DNA from: Parcubacteria bacterium C7867-006
GTDB taxonomy: Bacteria; Patescibacteriota; Minisyncoccia; Phycocordibacterales; DATDWN01
DNA: 64,000 nucleotides
NCBI GenBank assembly: GCA_001189155.1
Contig: LFCP01000001.1
Location: 23,160-87,159 of the forward strand
Reading direction: 5' to 3'
The position numbers and the translations under genes are program-made. The notes under the pieces were generated by a model, which was not told where the DNA came from, made no database searches, and saw only the letters and a program-made list of their open reading frames with translations. This document shows, piece by piece, positions 46,442-56,982 of this stretch (positions are counted from its first letter, which is position 1; every line of letters begins with the position of its first letter).

Positions 46442-49400
46442 ATGGTTACTGTTTCAGAAAAAATACAATCTCCAGATGAATTAAAAAGTGAGCTTGATCG
46501 TGAACTTCATGGTGCTCATTTTTCTGAGTCTAGTGAAAAAGATCTTGGAAAACTAGTTTCTCACCAACCGACAGAACTTCCTCCAGTTGAGTACATTCCT
46601 ACATCAGTTAGAGGAAAAAGGCACGGTCCTTTAACCAAAAAAGAAGATCAAAAAAGAGTATTTAGAGAGAGTTCTGAGGGTATAGCTTTATCAAAAGAGT
46701 TGGAAGCTTTAAATACGGGGAAACCATCTGATATTGATAAATCTCAATTTAATTTTAATCCAGACGAGGTTAAAGAGTTTGTCCCGTCAGGAAGACCTTT
46801 TAAGCCATATGAAGATGTCGCAAAACCATCATATATTCTTAAGAGAAAAATTAAAAAACTCATAAGTTTTGTAAGATCAAATATAAAAAATTCAGCCAGT
46901 ATTGTTTTTGATTTATACCAGTTCGAAAAAGATTCGGATACTCCTTTGGTTATAAAAGAAATAGATAAATTAGAGGAGAATGGAGTTCTAAATACTGAAC
47001 AAGCAGATGAAGCTAGAAGCTTGATTTCTGATGATTCACAAAATATTATTGAAGAAAAATCAGAAGTTGATAATGTTTTAAAAACAGAAACGGAAACGGA
47101 AACAAAGCCAGAACCTGAAGTTAATACTGATAAAGTTGAGCCGGTTAAAAATATAGATAAAAAAAGAGAGTTAAGTGTAGATGAACTCAAGGCTAGTGCA
47201 ATGGATGCTTATGAAAAAGGAAATACAAGCATCTCTTTGTCTTATATTGATAAAATAAATGACGAAGAGGTTAGAGCTAATTTAATACGAGATATTGTTA
47301 TAGACTCCGTAAACAATAAGTCTTTCTCAAAAGCACGTAAATTTATAGACAAAATTAGGGATGATAGTTACAGGGTAGAATTGGGCGGTTGGTTAGATGG
47401 TCAGATTAAAATTCCTGTAGAAAAAATCAGGTCAGATAACGGAGAGGTATCTTTTGTGAAACCAGAGCCAAAATCTGTATATGCAGATATGCCAGTTATA
47501 GAGGATGACACACAAAAACCTGATTTAGATTTAAATACTGAATCTGAGACAGAAAATAATATTGGTGATTTGAAAATTAGAGAAGCTGAGGCGGAAGAAG
47601 AAACTCCAAAGATTGAGGATGTTAAGCCAAAAGATATTCCAGTAGTTGAAAATTCTGAAGTATTCGGTCCAGAAAACACTCCTCAGTTAGGGCCTTTAAC
47701 ACAAAAAGCACAGGAAGAAGCAGATAAAAAATTGGAAGAAAATCTAGAAAAAACTCGTGATGAGTACGCGAGATTTTATATTGATCATAAAAATAAAATA
47801 AGAGATAGAAAAGGATGGTTTGGTAAACATTTGGCTGATTTAGGTTTCGATAAACAGTTACCAAAAACAGAAGAACCAGAAGAGCTTAGGGAGGCACATA
47901 GAGCTTATGTGGAGGCAAAGAAACATAAAAATGAAATACTTTTTTCTCAGACAGAAAAACGTAAAAAAGAAGTAACTGGCCAGATACTATCGTTGAGAGA
48001 AGTTAGTTATGATTTCAACCCAAAATTACTAGATGAGACAGAAAAGGAATTTGTACTACTTCAAGAGAGAATACAGAACGGTATGCCTCCGTTAGAAAAA
48101 GGTATTGCTGGAAAAGTTTTTGAAAAGTGGGCAAAAATGAGTCGAGTTCAGAGAATTGCATTTAGTAGTGCAATTATAACTGGTACAAATATTGTTTTTG
48201 GAGCATTAACTTTACCAGCAGCTGTTGCGTATGGGGGTTACAGGGCTGGGCGTTCTGCATTGATTGGAACAGGGGTTTCTCAGGGAGTAGGTAAGGGGGT
48301 GGATACTATATTTAAAAAGAAAAATGAAAAGATTCATAAAGAAATGGCCGAAGAGTATTCATTTGAAATAAATGAAGAAAATTTTGCTGAAAAGGAAAAA
48401 GAGATGATGGAAAAAATGCAGAATGAGCAAAATAAAATAAAACGTCAACGCCTCTACAAAGCCGGAGTAATGATTGGAGCAGGAGGTTTGGCCACAATGG
48501 GAGCAGCAAGTTTGGAGTCTTTGGTTAAATCAACTATCGATATTCCTACTACTGTACCAGAACTTCCAAATCATCCAAAAATTAGAATCATGGATTCTAT
48601 TCCAGAAAAAAATATTCCTGAGAGCGTACATTCAGTAGAGGTTCCTGTTTCAAGTAAAGGTTTTATTGATACTTTCCATAATATAAAAGATGAGATAGTA
48701 AAACAGTATGGGGGAGAGGGTAATGTTCCAGAAGAAATTCACCGAACTATTCTAGATAGGTCAGATGTTGATTTGGCAAAACAGTTTCATATGTATGATC
48801 CAGAGCATAATTTGAGCGCAGTTGGGTATAAAGGAGAAACTCTCGGTTTAGATAGCTCAGGAAATCTCGTGTATCATCATTTGGATGGAAACAGTGAAAT
48901 AATGCTTGATACAAAAACCGGATTAACTCACGAGTTTGGTGGTCAGATTGAACATCATCCCGTTAAATTGAAAGTGGTTAGTCATGATACTCCCGGTAAT
49001 CTTGAAGTGAACGAGACTCCAGTTCAATCAACTCATATCGAAGATCAGGATGTTATTCCTACTGGAGATTCTATTCAAGAGTCTATTCCAGTTAGTGAAG
49101 TTACAAACTCAAATATAGAGAGTCGTGTATTTTATAATAATTCGTCTGTTGATGTGCTCCCAATAAACAATGGTGCCGGAAAAGCTGTGACATATCTTGG
49201 TAGGGAAATTGCTCATGAGTATACCGTTGGTGATAAAAAAGTTTTTTATCTAGATGATCAGTATCAAGACAATCCAGCATTCAAGGAAATTAGAGGAGCC
49301 TTTAATGCTTTTTATGAAAAAAATATCCCTAGTAATACACAGGTAGTTGCACCAATAGATTTTGAAGGTGGTAAGATATATATAATAAAGGACGCGATTA

Positions 49401-49585
49401 ATCCTAAAGGTGTAAGTGTGTTGTTAAATGGAAGGGAGATTGCCAAAGGCTTAATAAATGGAACTAGTGCGAAGGTTCAAATAATCAGTAATTTAAAAGG
49501 AGGATGGTTTCTCGCTGACAATGCTTACGAAAGGGCTTTTAAGTTGGCACAGAATGTCATAAAGAACTCTAAATTAACACCATAA
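46442..49585 (+). CDS. Large (1047 aa) acidic membrane protein of unknown function inserted between fusA and tuf
   Basis: N-terminal 550 aa acidic and repetitive (ETETETKPEPEV). Two central TM helices (AIITGTNIVFGALTLPAAVAYGGY; AGVMIGAGGLATMGAASL). C-terminal 350-aa domain. No recognisable family. Confidence 0.55.
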   Translation: MVTVSEKIQSPDELKSELDRELHGAHFSESSEKDLGKLVSHQPTELPPVEYIPTSVRGKRHGPLTKKEDQKRVFRESSEGIALSKELEALNTGKPSDIDKSQFNFNPDEVKEFVPSGRPFKPYEDVAKPSYILKRKIKKLISFVRSNIKNSASIVFDLYQFEKDSDTPLVIKEIDKLEENGVLNTEQADEARSLISDDSQNIIEEKSEVDNVLKTETETETKPEPEVNTDKVEPVKNIDKKRELSVDELKASAMDAYEKGNTSISLSYIDKINDEEVRANLIRDIVIDSVNNKSFSKARKFIDKIRDDSYRVELGGWLDGQIKIPVEKIRSDNGEVSFVKPEPKSVYADMPVIEDDTQKPDLDLNTESETENNIGDLKIREAEAEEETPKIEDVKPKDIPVVENSEVFGPENTPQLGPLTQKAQEEADKKLEENLEKTRDEYARFYIDHKNKIRDRKGWFGKHLADLGFDKQLPKTEEPEELREAHRAYVEAKKHKNEILFSQTEKRKKEVTGQILSLREVSYDFNPKLLDETEKEFVLLQERIQNGMPPLEKGIAGKVFEKWAKMSRVQRIAFSSAIITGTNIVFGALTLPAAVAYGGYRAGRSALIGTGVSQGVGKGVDTIFKKKNEKIHKEMAEEYSFEINEENFAEKEKEMMEKMQNEQNKIKRQRLYKAGVMIGAGGLATMGAASLESLVKSTIDIPTTVPELPNHPKIRIMDSIPEKNIPESVHSVEVPVSSKGFIDTFHNIKDEIVKQYGGEGNVPEEIHRTILDRSDVDLAKQFHMYDPEHNLSAVGYKGETLGLDSSGNLVYHHLDGNSEIMLDTKTGLTHEFGGQIEHHPVKLKVVSHDTPGNLEVNETPVQSTHIEDQDVIPTGDSIQESIPVSEVTNSNIESRVFYNNSSVDVLPINNGAGKAVTYLGREIAHEYTVGDKKVFYLDDQYQDNPAFKEIRGAFNAFYEKNIPSNTQVVAPIDFEGGKIYIIKDAINPKGVSVLLNGREIAKGLINGTSAKVQIISNLKGGWFLADNAYERAFKLAQNVIKNSKLTP

Positions 49586-49587
49586 AT

Positions 49588-49887
49588 ATGAACACAGCTT
49601 TATCTATAGATGTAATAAAAGAATGGGGCTTACAAAAACTTTCTCCCGAGAAACAGGAGGAAATGGTTGAGCGCATAGGTCGTATAATGTACCAGGCTAT
49701 TTTAGTGAGGTCTTTGGATATTCTTTCAGAAAAAGAACAAGATGAGTTCGATGCTCTTTTAGACAAAGACGATACAACTCCACAGACCGTTCTATCTTTT
49801 CTAGAATCAAAAATCCCAACTTTTCAAGAGTTACTAAAAGAAGAAAAAAACAATCTAAAGAGAGATTTATTGATACCGTTGGAGTAG
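49588..49887 (+). CDS. Hypothetical 99-aa protein
   Basis: ORF tightly coupled to the preceding gene (3-nt gap); no motif recognised. Confidence 0.4.
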   Translation: MNTALSIDVIKEWGLQKLSPEKQEEMVERIGRIMYQAILVRSLDILSEKEQDEFDALLDKDDTTPQTVLSFLESKIPTFQELLKEEKNNLKRDLLIPLE

Positions 49888-50075
49888 GGCAACCATTGAC
49901 TATTTTTGGTGTTTTGACTACTATATTCTAATCGCCGTTTTTGCGTGTCAGGAAAGTATTTTTCTGCACTAAAGTTCCTAAAATTCAGCGATAATATTTA
50001 TTGCTCGAACGTTGAGTTTTTGGAATTTCCAAAATGGCAAAATTATAAGGGTTTAATAATTTTAATAATAAAAAT

Positions 50076-51272
50076 ATGACAGATTTTGATCGATCAAAGC
50101 CGCATATGAACGTTGGTACAATCGGCCACGTTGACCACGGTAAGACAACATTAACAGCAGCTATCCTTACAGTTCTAGGACGACAAGGAAATGGTTACGG
50201 TGCCAAAATCAAGGGAGTTGGAGAAATCGACTCAGCACCTGAGGAAAAAGCAAGAGGAATTACTATTGCTCTTTCACACAACGAGTACGAGACACCTACA
50301 AGACACTATGCTCACGTAGATGCCCCAGGACACGCTGACTACATCAAAAACATGATTACTGGTGCCGCTCAAATGGACGGTGCAGTACTAGTGGTAGCAG
50401 CTACAGATGGTGTGATGCCTCAAACACGAGAGCACGTACTTTTGGCAAAGCAGGTTGGAGTTCCAAAGATCATTGTTTTCCTAAACAAGTGTGACATGGT
50501 TCCAGATGCAGAGCTTATTGATCTAGTTGAGGAGGAAGTTCGAGAACTCCTTACAAAGCAAGGATTCGATGGAGCAGGAGCTCCAGTTATCCGAGGTTCA
50601 GGACTAAAAGCTCTTGAATCAGCATCTAACGACGACGAGTGGGCAAAGAAAGTGTTGGATCTAGCAAATGCACTAGACACATACTTCCCAGTTCCACAAC
50701 GAGATCTTGATAAGCCATTCCTAATGCCAGTTGAGGACATATTCTCAATCGAAGGACGAGGAACAGTGGTTACAGGAAGAATCGAGAGAGGTGTTATCAA
50801 AGTAGGTGAGGAAATCGAGTGTGTTGGTCTACACGATACACAGAAGTATACAGTTACTGGTATTGAAATGTTCAACAAATCTCTATCAGAAGGACAAGCT
50901 GGAGACAACGCAGGTATCCTACTCCGAGGTGCAAAGAAAGAAGAAATTCACCGAGGTCAGGTTCTTGCAAAGCCAAAGTCAGTGACTCCACACACAGAGT
51001 TTACAGCTGAGGTTTATATCCTAAAGAAAGAGGAAGGAGGACGACACACACCATTCTTCTCTGGTTACAAGCCACAGTTCTACATCCGAACTACAGACGT
51101 TACAGGAGATGTGACTCTAAACGAGGGAGTAGAGATGGTTATGCCAGGAGATACAGTTACATTCAAAGTTAAACTAGTAGCACCAGTTGCTCTAGAAGAT
51201 AACACAAGATTTGCTATTCGAGAGGGAGGTAAAACAGTTGGAGCCGGCGTGGTTACAAAAATCATCGCTTAA
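50076..51272 (+). CDS. tuf: Elongation factor Tu
   Basis: [10 protein letters not shown] and DAPGHADY motifs; 398 aa. Confidence 0.95.
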   Translation: MTDFDRSKPHMNVGTIGHVDHGKTTLTAAILTVLGRQGNGYGAKIKGVGEIDSAPEEKARGITIALSHNEYETPTRHYAHVDAPGHADYIKNMITGAAQMDGAVLVVAATDGVMPQTREHVLLAKQVGVPKIIVFLNKCDMVPDAELIDLVEEEVRELLTKQGFDGAGAPVIRGSGLKALESASNDDEWAKKVLDLANALDTYFPVPQRDLDKPFLMPVEDIFSIEGRGTVVTGRIERGVIKVGEEIECVGLHDTQKYTVTGIEMFNKSLSEGQAGDNAGILLRGAKKEEIHRGQVLAKPKSVTPHTEFTAEVYILKKEEGGRHTPFFSGYKPQFYIRTTDVTGDVTLNEGVEMVMPGDTVTFKVKLVAPVALEDNTRFAIREGGKTVGAGVVTKIIA

Positions 51273-51293
51273 TTTTAAACTTTAATAAGTTTT

Positions 51294-51322
51294 CAAAAAA
51301 CCACCTTTGGGTGGTTTTTTGA
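51294..51322 (+). terminator. Intrinsic terminator after tuf (module copy 1)
   Basis: aaaaaaccaccttt-gggtggtttttt. Confidence 0.75.
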
Positions 51323-51388
51323 TTGTATGAAAAAACACTTGAACAAAAAATGATTATCTGGTAGTATCTTGAAATCAATTAAATTGAC

Positions 51389-51769
51389 ATGGCAACAAAA
51401 GAAACAACAAAGAAATCAGCTCCAAAGAAGGCTTCTGCAAAGTCTGCTGTAAAATCAGATGTTATTTCAAAGCTACGAATACGAGTTCGAGCTTATGAAT
51501 ACAAGATTCTAGACCTTTCAGTAAAGCAGATTATAGATACAGCTCTAAGATATGATGCAAAGGTAGAAGGACCCATCCCTCTTCCTACTGAGATAAAGAA
51601 ATATACTGTAAACCGATCATCTTTCGTTTACAAAAACGCCAGGGAGCAGTTCGAAATGAGAATTCACAAGAGGGTAATAGACATTCTAAACCCTACACCA
51701 AAGATAATGGAGGCTTTAACAAACCTTTCATTACCATCAGGAGTGAACATCGACGTAAAGATAATTTAA
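51389..51769 (+). CDS. rpsJ: 30S ribosomal protein S10 with an N-terminal Lys-rich extension
   Basis: IRVRAYEYKILD... Confidence 0.9.
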   Translation: MATKETTKKSAPKKASAKSAVKSDVISKLRIRVRAYEYKILDLSVKQIIDTALRYDAKVEGPIPLPTEIKKYTVNRSSFVYKNAREQFEMRIHKRVIDILNPTPKIMEALTNLSLPSGVNIDVKII

Positions 51770-51771
51770 TC

Positions 51772-51800
51772 AAAAAACCACCTTCCAGGTGGTTTTTTGA
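51772..51800 (+). terminator. Intrinsic terminator after rpsJ (module copy 2, near-identical to 51294..51322)
   Basis: aaaaaaccaccttcc-aggtggtttttt, followed by the same acttgaa(t/c)aaaaaa...tagtat promoter-like segment. Confidence 0.7.
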
Positions 51801-51946
51801 TATCTACTAAAAAAGACTTGAATAAAAAAACATTATCTGCTAGTATGACCCAATCGCCGAATAGGCTTTTTTAAATGGTAACTAGTGAAGGGCAATGTTG
51901 AGAAATTCTTTCTCATTACTGTCCGCAAATCGTTACCGCAAATAAC

Positions 51947-52558
51947 ATGAAATTTATATTAGGAACAAAAGTAAATATGACTCAGATCTTTGACGAAAAA
52001 GGTCTAGTTCATCCTGTAACAGTTGTAAAAGCTGGTCCAGTTGTTGTTACACAGGTTAAAACAGTTGCAACAGATGGTTACAATGCTGTTCAAGTAGGTT
52101 TTGGCTCAAAGAGTGCAAAGAACACAAACAAAGCCATGACAGGTCACACAAAAGGTGGTAACTATGCACACCTAGTTGAGTTTAGAACAGAAGGAGAGCC
52201 TTCTTTTAAAGTTGGAGACTCTATCGATCTTTCTACATTTTCAGCGGGTGATATGGTTGTTGTTTCTTCAGTTTCTAAAGGAAAAGGATTCCAAGGGGGT
52301 GTTAAGAGACATGGTTTCAAAGGAGGTTCACGAACACATGGTCAGAAACACTCTGAACGAGAACCAGGTTCTATTGGAGGAGGGGGACGAGATGGAGGCC
52401 GTGTTGCAAAAGGAAAGAGAATGGCCGGAAGAATGGGTGGTGATAGAATCACATCAAAAGGTCTAACAGTTGTTAGTGTAAAGCCAGAGACTAACGAGAT
52501 TTTTATACAAGGAGCTATTGCTGGACGAAGAGGGACTCTTGTTGAGGTTGTAGGCTAA
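51947..52558 (+). CDS. rplC: 50S ribosomal protein L3
   Basis: Canonical L3 sequence. Confidence 0.9.
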   Translation: MKFILGTKVNMTQIFDEKGLVHPVTVVKAGPVVVTQVKTVATDGYNAVQVGFGSKSAKNTNKAMTGHTKGGNYAHLVEFRTEGEPSFKVGDSIDLSTFSAGDMVVVSSVSKGKGFQGGVKRHGFKGGSRTHGQKHSEREPGSIGGGGRDGGRVAKGKRMAGRMGGDRITSKGLTVVSVKPETNEIFIQGAIAGRRGTLVEVVG

Positions 52559-52569
52559 TTTTAAATAAT

Positions 52570-53235
52570 ATGGAAACTGTAATCTATAACACAAAAGGAA
52601 AAGAAGCGGGAAAAATTTCTCTACCAGAGGCAGTATTTGGTCTAAAATGGAATGCAGACTTGGTTCACCAGGTTGTGACTTCAATGGAGTCGTCTGCTAG
52701 AACAAATGTAGCTCATACAAAAAACCGAGGAGATGTACGAGGAGGAGGAAAGAAACCTTGGCAGCAAAAAGGAACAGGACGAGCTAGACACGGTTCTATC
52801 CGATCTCCACTATGGAGAAAGGGAGGTGTTACTCACGGTCCTTTAAAGGAGGAAAATTTTGAGAGAAAAGTAAACAAGAAAATGAAAGCAAAAGCTCTTT
52901 ATACTATTCTTTCATCAAAACTAAAAAAAGGTCAGATACTTTTCGTTGATGATATTTCAATGACTGCTCCAAAAACTAAAGACGCTGTTAGTGTAGTATC
53001 AAATCTTTCAAAAATAAAAGGTTACACAGATTTACTTTCAAAGAGAAAAAATTCAGCATATATAAATCTAGCTGATAAAAATATAAATACAGAAAAGAGC
53101 TTTAGAAACATGAATAACTTAGTTGTTGATGAAATAAGAAATATGAATCCTGTTGATTTGATGAAATATAAATATGTTGTTATTTCAAATCCAGAAAAAG
53201 CTCTTCCTCAAATAGTAAATAAACTCGATAAATAA
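52570..53235 (+). CDS. rplD: 50S ribosomal protein L4
   Basis: Canonical L4 sequence. Confidence 0.9.
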   Translation: METVIYNTKGKEAGKISLPEAVFGLKWNADLVHQVVTSMESSARTNVAHTKNRGDVRGGGKKPWQQKGTGRARHGSIRSPLWRKGGVTHGPLKEENFERKVNKKMKAKALYTILSSKLKKGQILFVDDISMTAPKTKDAVSVVSNLSKIKGYTDLLSKRKNSAYINLADKNINTEKSFRNMNNLVVDEIRNMNPVDLMKYKYVVISNPEKALPQIVNKLDK

Positions 53236-53236
53236 T

Positions 53237-53518
53237 ATGAAAAAAGATCTTAACGCATTTATAATAAGACCTCACATTACAGAAAAAGCTTCAATGAAGG
53301 CTGAGGGAGGAGTTTATGTTTTTGAAATTGCTTCAAATGCAACAAAGGCACAGGTTGAAAAAGCTTTCGAGGAAAAATACAAATTTAGTCCAGTAAAAGT
53401 TTCTACTGTAACTATTCCTGCAAAGAACGTTTTTGTTAGAGGAAAGAGAGGAAAGAAATCTGGCTATAAAAAAGCTTATGTTTACCTAAAGAAAGGAGAC
53501 AAGATTGAGACTCTATAA
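53237..53518 (+). CDS. rplW: 50S ribosomal protein L23
   Basis: Canonical L23 sequence. Confidence 0.9.
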   Translation: MKKDLNAFIIRPHITEKASMKAEGGVYVFEIASNATKAQVEKAFEEKYKFSPVKVSTVTIPAKNVFVRGKRGKKSGYKKAYVYLKKGDKIETL

Positions 53519-53534
53519 TTTTTAAAAAACTTAT

Positions 53535-54377
53535 ATGAAACGATATAAACCAACATCAAAGTCTCGACGAGGAATGACAACAATCTCTTTTGGAGACTAC
53601 ATAACAGCAACAGAACCAGTAAAGTCACTTACTCATGGTTTTAGACGACAGATGGGAAGAAACCATCATGGAAAAATAACTACTCGACATAAAGGAGGAG
53701 GAGCAAAGAGACTATTCCGAGAGATTGATTTTAAATATGACAAAATAGACGTGCCTTATACTATAAAAACAGTTGAGTACGATCCAAATAGATCAGGATT
53801 TATTGGTCTCGCTCAGTATCAAGATGGAGCAAAGAGATACGTTCTTATCCCTAGAGGAATAAAAGTTGGTGATACATTTATAACATCTCCAAACGCTGAA
53901 CAAAAACCAGGAAATAGATTACAGTTAAAGAACATTACTATTGGTACTTTTGTTTACAATGTTGAAGTAAAACCAGAAGGGGGAGCAAAGCTAGCTCGTT
54001 CTGCTGGAAACTATGTAGAAGTTATTGCAAAGGATGCAGGATACGTAGATATCAAACTTCCATCAACTGAAGTTAGAAAAATAAAAGATACAGCATGGGC
54101 TTCTATTGGAGATGTTTCAAACCCAGAAAACAGACTAGTTAATCTAGGAAAAGCTGGAAGATCACGATGGCTAGGTATAAGACCTACAGTTCGAGGAACA
54201 GCTCAAAACCCAGTTGACCACCCATACGGAGGAGGAGAAGGAAGACAGGGAAGAGGCCGAAAGAGAGCAATCTCAGTTTACGGAAAGCCGACAGGAAAGG
54301 GTCAGAAGTCACGAACTCCAAAGAAGTATTCAAACAAATTCATCGTTTCAAGACGAAAAGTTGGAAAGAAGAAGTAA
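53535..54377 (+). CDS. rplB: 50S ribosomal protein L2
   Basis: Canonical L2 sequence. Terminator aaaaccgccgaaaggcggtttt at 54378-54412. Confidence 0.95.
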   Translation: MKRYKPTSKSRRGMTTISFGDYITATEPVKSLTHGFRRQMGRNHHGKITTRHKGGGAKRLFREIDFKYDKIDVPYTIKTVEYDPNRSGFIGLAQYQDGAKRYVLIPRGIKVGDTFITSPNAEQKPGNRLQLKNITIGTFVYNVEVKPEGGAKLARSAGNYVEVIAKDAGYVDIKLPSTEVRKIKDTAWASIGDVSNPENRLVNLGKAGRSRWLGIRPTVRGTAQNPVDHPYGGGEGRQGRGRKRAISVYGKPTGKGQKSRTPKKYSNKFIVSRRKVGKKK

Positions 54378-54615
54378 AAAACAAAACCGCCGAAAGGCGG
54401 TTTTGTTTTTGGTTTATTTATTCGAAATTATTGGATTTTAGTGAAAATAGTCAAAGGTTGGTTTATTGGGGTTATATCTGTTGACATTATTAAGAGTTTT
54501 GTATAGTATAGTCGTCACTGAAGTATTTACATTCTGTTTGAGTTTTTAAGTAAGTCAGTACCACGAAAATGTGGTTTTCTTCTTGCCGATTTGGCGGGGA
54601 ATTAAAATAGACACA

Positions 54616-54960
54616 ATGACACGATCATCAAAAAAAGGTCCATATGTTGACGAAAGACTCCTTAAGAAAATTGAGGGTAAAAAGCCTATAGAAACAGGTG
54701 TTATAAAAACATGGTCTAGAGCCTGTGTTATTTCTCCCGAAATGATAGGTTTTAATTTTGGTGTACACAATGGAAAGACTCATATAGAAGTTCTAGTTTC
54801 AGAAGATATGGTTGGACACAGACTAGGCGAGTTCTCTCCTACAAAGAAATTCATAAAACACGGAGGAAAGATGCAGAAAGAGTTAGAGCAGAAGAAAAAG
54901 GAAAGTGAAATTGCTGCAGCTCAATCAGCTAAATCAGCAGGTGATTCAGCTAAGAAATAA
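54616..54960 (+). CDS. rpsS: 30S ribosomal protein S19 with a C-terminal Lys/Ala-rich tail
   Basis: [19 protein letters not shown]. Start at 54616 inside the listed ORF. Preceded by TTGACA-17-TATAGT. Confidence 0.9.
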   Translation: MTRSSKKGPYVDERLLKKIEGKKPIETGVIKTWSRACVISPEMIGFNFGVHNGKTHIEVLVSEDMVGHRLGEFSPTKKFIKHGGKMQKELEQKKKESEIAAAQSAKSAGDSAKK

Positions 54961-54969
54961 TAAACTATC

Positions 54970-55410
54970 ATGGCAACAGCAAAAGCAACATTATCAAACT
55001 TCCGACAGGCACCTCGAAAAATGCGAATGGTGGCTAATACAGTAAGAGGAAAGAAAGTTTCTGAGGCTTTGATAAACCTAGACTTTGTTGCAAAGAAAGC
55101 TTCAGCTCCTATTAAAACTTTAATTGCTTCTGCTCTTGCTAACGCAAAAGCTCTTGATATTCCTACAGAAAATTTGGTTGTAAAAACAATCAAAGTTGAT
55201 GGTGGTTCAATAATGTACAGAAGACGACCAGCTGCTAGAGGATCAGCTCATCCTATCCGAAAGAGAACTTCTAGTATTTTTGTTGAGTTAGGAGAAGTAG
55301 AGTCAAAAAAGAAAGTTAAGGTTGCAAAGGAGGTTGCTATAGAAGCTCCAAAGGCTGAAGTAGTTAAAAAAGCTCCTAAGGCTAAAAAAACAACTACATC
55401 TAAAAAATAA
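54970..55410 (+). CDS. rplV: 50S ribosomal protein L22
   Basis: Canonical L22 core with a C-terminal Lys-rich extension. Confidence 0.9.
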   Translation: MATAKATLSNFRQAPRKMRMVANTVRGKKVSEALINLDFVAKKASAPIKTLIASALANAKALDIPTENLVVKTIKVDGGSIMYRRRPAARGSAHPIRKRTSSIFVELGEVESKKKVKVAKEVAIEAPKAEVVKKAPKAKKTTTSKK

Positions 55411-55415
55411 ATTCT

Positions 55416-56072
55416 ATGACACATACAGTACACCCATATTCACATAGACTTGGAATCATAAGAGATTGGAAATCTCGATGGTTTGGAGTTAAAGGAAAGT
55501 ACAAAGAGTTCTTAAAGAGCGATGTGCTTTTGCGAGAGTACCTAGAAAAGAAAATGCGAGGTATGTATGTTTCTAATATAGAGATGGAAAGAGGGGAGAA
55601 GGTTTTAAGAATCATTATAGAAACATCTAGACCTGGAGTTATTATAGGACGATCTGGTGATGGTGCTGTAAAACTAAAAAACGATATCATTGCTTTTCTA
55701 TCAAAAAATAAACTATCTTCAGGAGGAGAAGTAAAAGTTGATATCAAGGAGGTAAAATCTCCTGAATCAAATGCTACTATTGTTGCTCAGATGATTGCTG
55801 ATGGTCTTGAAAAGAGACTTCCTTTCAGAAGGGTAACAAAACAAATGGTTGAGAAAGTTATGGCTAACAGAGATGTTCTTGGAGTAAAGATTGAACTATC
55901 TGGAAGACTAGCTGGAGCAACTATGGCACGACAGGAGAAGATAAAGAGAGGACGAATTCCTCTTCAAACTCTTCGAGCTGACGTGGATTTCTGTAAGTAT
56001 GAAGCTAGACTTCCATACGGAGGAATCGGAATAAAGGTCTGGATATACAAAGGTGATATTTTCAATAAATAA
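55416..56072 (+). CDS. rpsC: 30S ribosomal protein S3
   Basis: KH-type S3 N-terminal and C-terminal domains. Confidence 0.9.
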   Translation: MTHTVHPYSHRLGIIRDWKSRWFGVKGKYKEFLKSDVLLREYLEKKMRGMYVSNIEMERGEKVLRIIIETSRPGVIIGRSGDGAVKLKNDIIAFLSKNKLSSGGEVKVDIKEVKSPESNATIVAQMIADGLEKRLPFRRVTKQMVEKVMANRDVLGVKIELSGRLAGATMARQEKIKRGRIPLQTLRADVDFCKYEARLPYGGIGIKVWIYKGDIFNK

Positions 56073-56082
56073 TTAAACTACC

Positions 56083-56505
56083 ATGTTATTACCAAAGAAA
56101 GTTAAATACAGAAAGTGGCACACATTCAGAAAAAACGCTAACAAGGTTGGAGTTGCTTCTCGTGGAACAACTGTTGCTTTCGGATCTCATGGTCTAAAGG
56201 CTCTTGAGGGTGCTCGAATTATGTCTAACCAGCTAGAGGCTGCTCGAAAAGCACTTTCAAGAGAGTCTGGAAAGACGGGAAAACTTTGGATTAGAGTTTT
56301 TCCAGATATGCCTCTTACAAAGAAACCAGCTGAAGTAAAGCTTGGAAAAGGAAAAGGAGACTTGTTTGGTTACTGTGCTCCAGTAAAACCAGGAAGAGTT
56401 ATTTTTGAAGTTGACGGTGTTTCAGATGCCGTTGCTAGAGAGGCTCTAAGAAAGGCTGGAACAAAGCTTCCTTTAAAGACAAAGGTAATAGCAGCTCACA
56501 ACTAA
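56083..56505 (+). CDS. rplP: 50S ribosomal protein L16
   Basis: MLLPKKVKYRK... Confidence 0.95.
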   Translation: MLLPKKVKYRKWHTFRKNANKVGVASRGTTVAFGSHGLKALEGARIMSNQLEAARKALSRESGKTGKLWIRVFPDMPLTKKPAEVKLGKGKGDLFGYCAPVKPGRVIFEVDGVSDAVAREALRKAGTKLPLKTKVIAAHN

Positions 56506-56509
56506 TACT

Positions 56510-56698
56510 ATGAAAGATTTAATCAAAAAAACTCCAAAGGAATTGATGACACTTTTGAAAGAAAAGCAGACAGCTCTTCGAGCATTCAGATTTTCTGTTG
56601 CAGGAAGTAATGCTAGAAATGTAAAAGAGGGAAGTGTGTTGAAAAAAGACATAGCTAGAATAATGACACTTCTTAACAAACCTACAGAGGCTAAATAA
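56510..56698 (+). CDS. rpmC: 50S ribosomal protein L29
   Basis: 62 aa, at the syntenic position. Confidence 0.85.
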   Translation: MKDLIKKTPKELMTLLKEKQTALRAFRFSVAGSNARNVKEGSVLKKDIARIMTLLNKPTEAK

Positions 56699-56703
56699 AA
56701 CAT

Positions 56704-56961
56704 ATGAACAAGACTATGAAAAAAACAGAAGTAAGTAAATCACGAAAGCAACTAGTTGGAACAGTTGTTTCTGACAAGATGAAAGACACGGTAGTTGTTG
56801 AGGTAAGCCGCTTTGTAAAACACCCAAAGTATGATAAATATCTTTCTAAGGATAAGAGATTTAAAGCTGACGATAAGGGAAACACAAAGAAAGTGGGAGA
56901 TAAAGTAACTATCGAGGAGTGTGCACCTATCTCAAAAGATAAGAAATTCCGAGTAATATAA
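56704..56961 (+). CDS. rpsQ: 30S ribosomal protein S17
   Basis: GTVVSDKMKDTVVVEV... Confidence 0.9.
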   Translation: MNKTMKKTEVSKSRKQLVGTVVSDKMKDTVVVEVSRFVKHPKYDKYLSKDKRFKADDKGNTKKVGDKVTIEECAPISKDKKFRVI

Positions 56962-56982
56962 TCTCGATTAACATTAAAAGCC

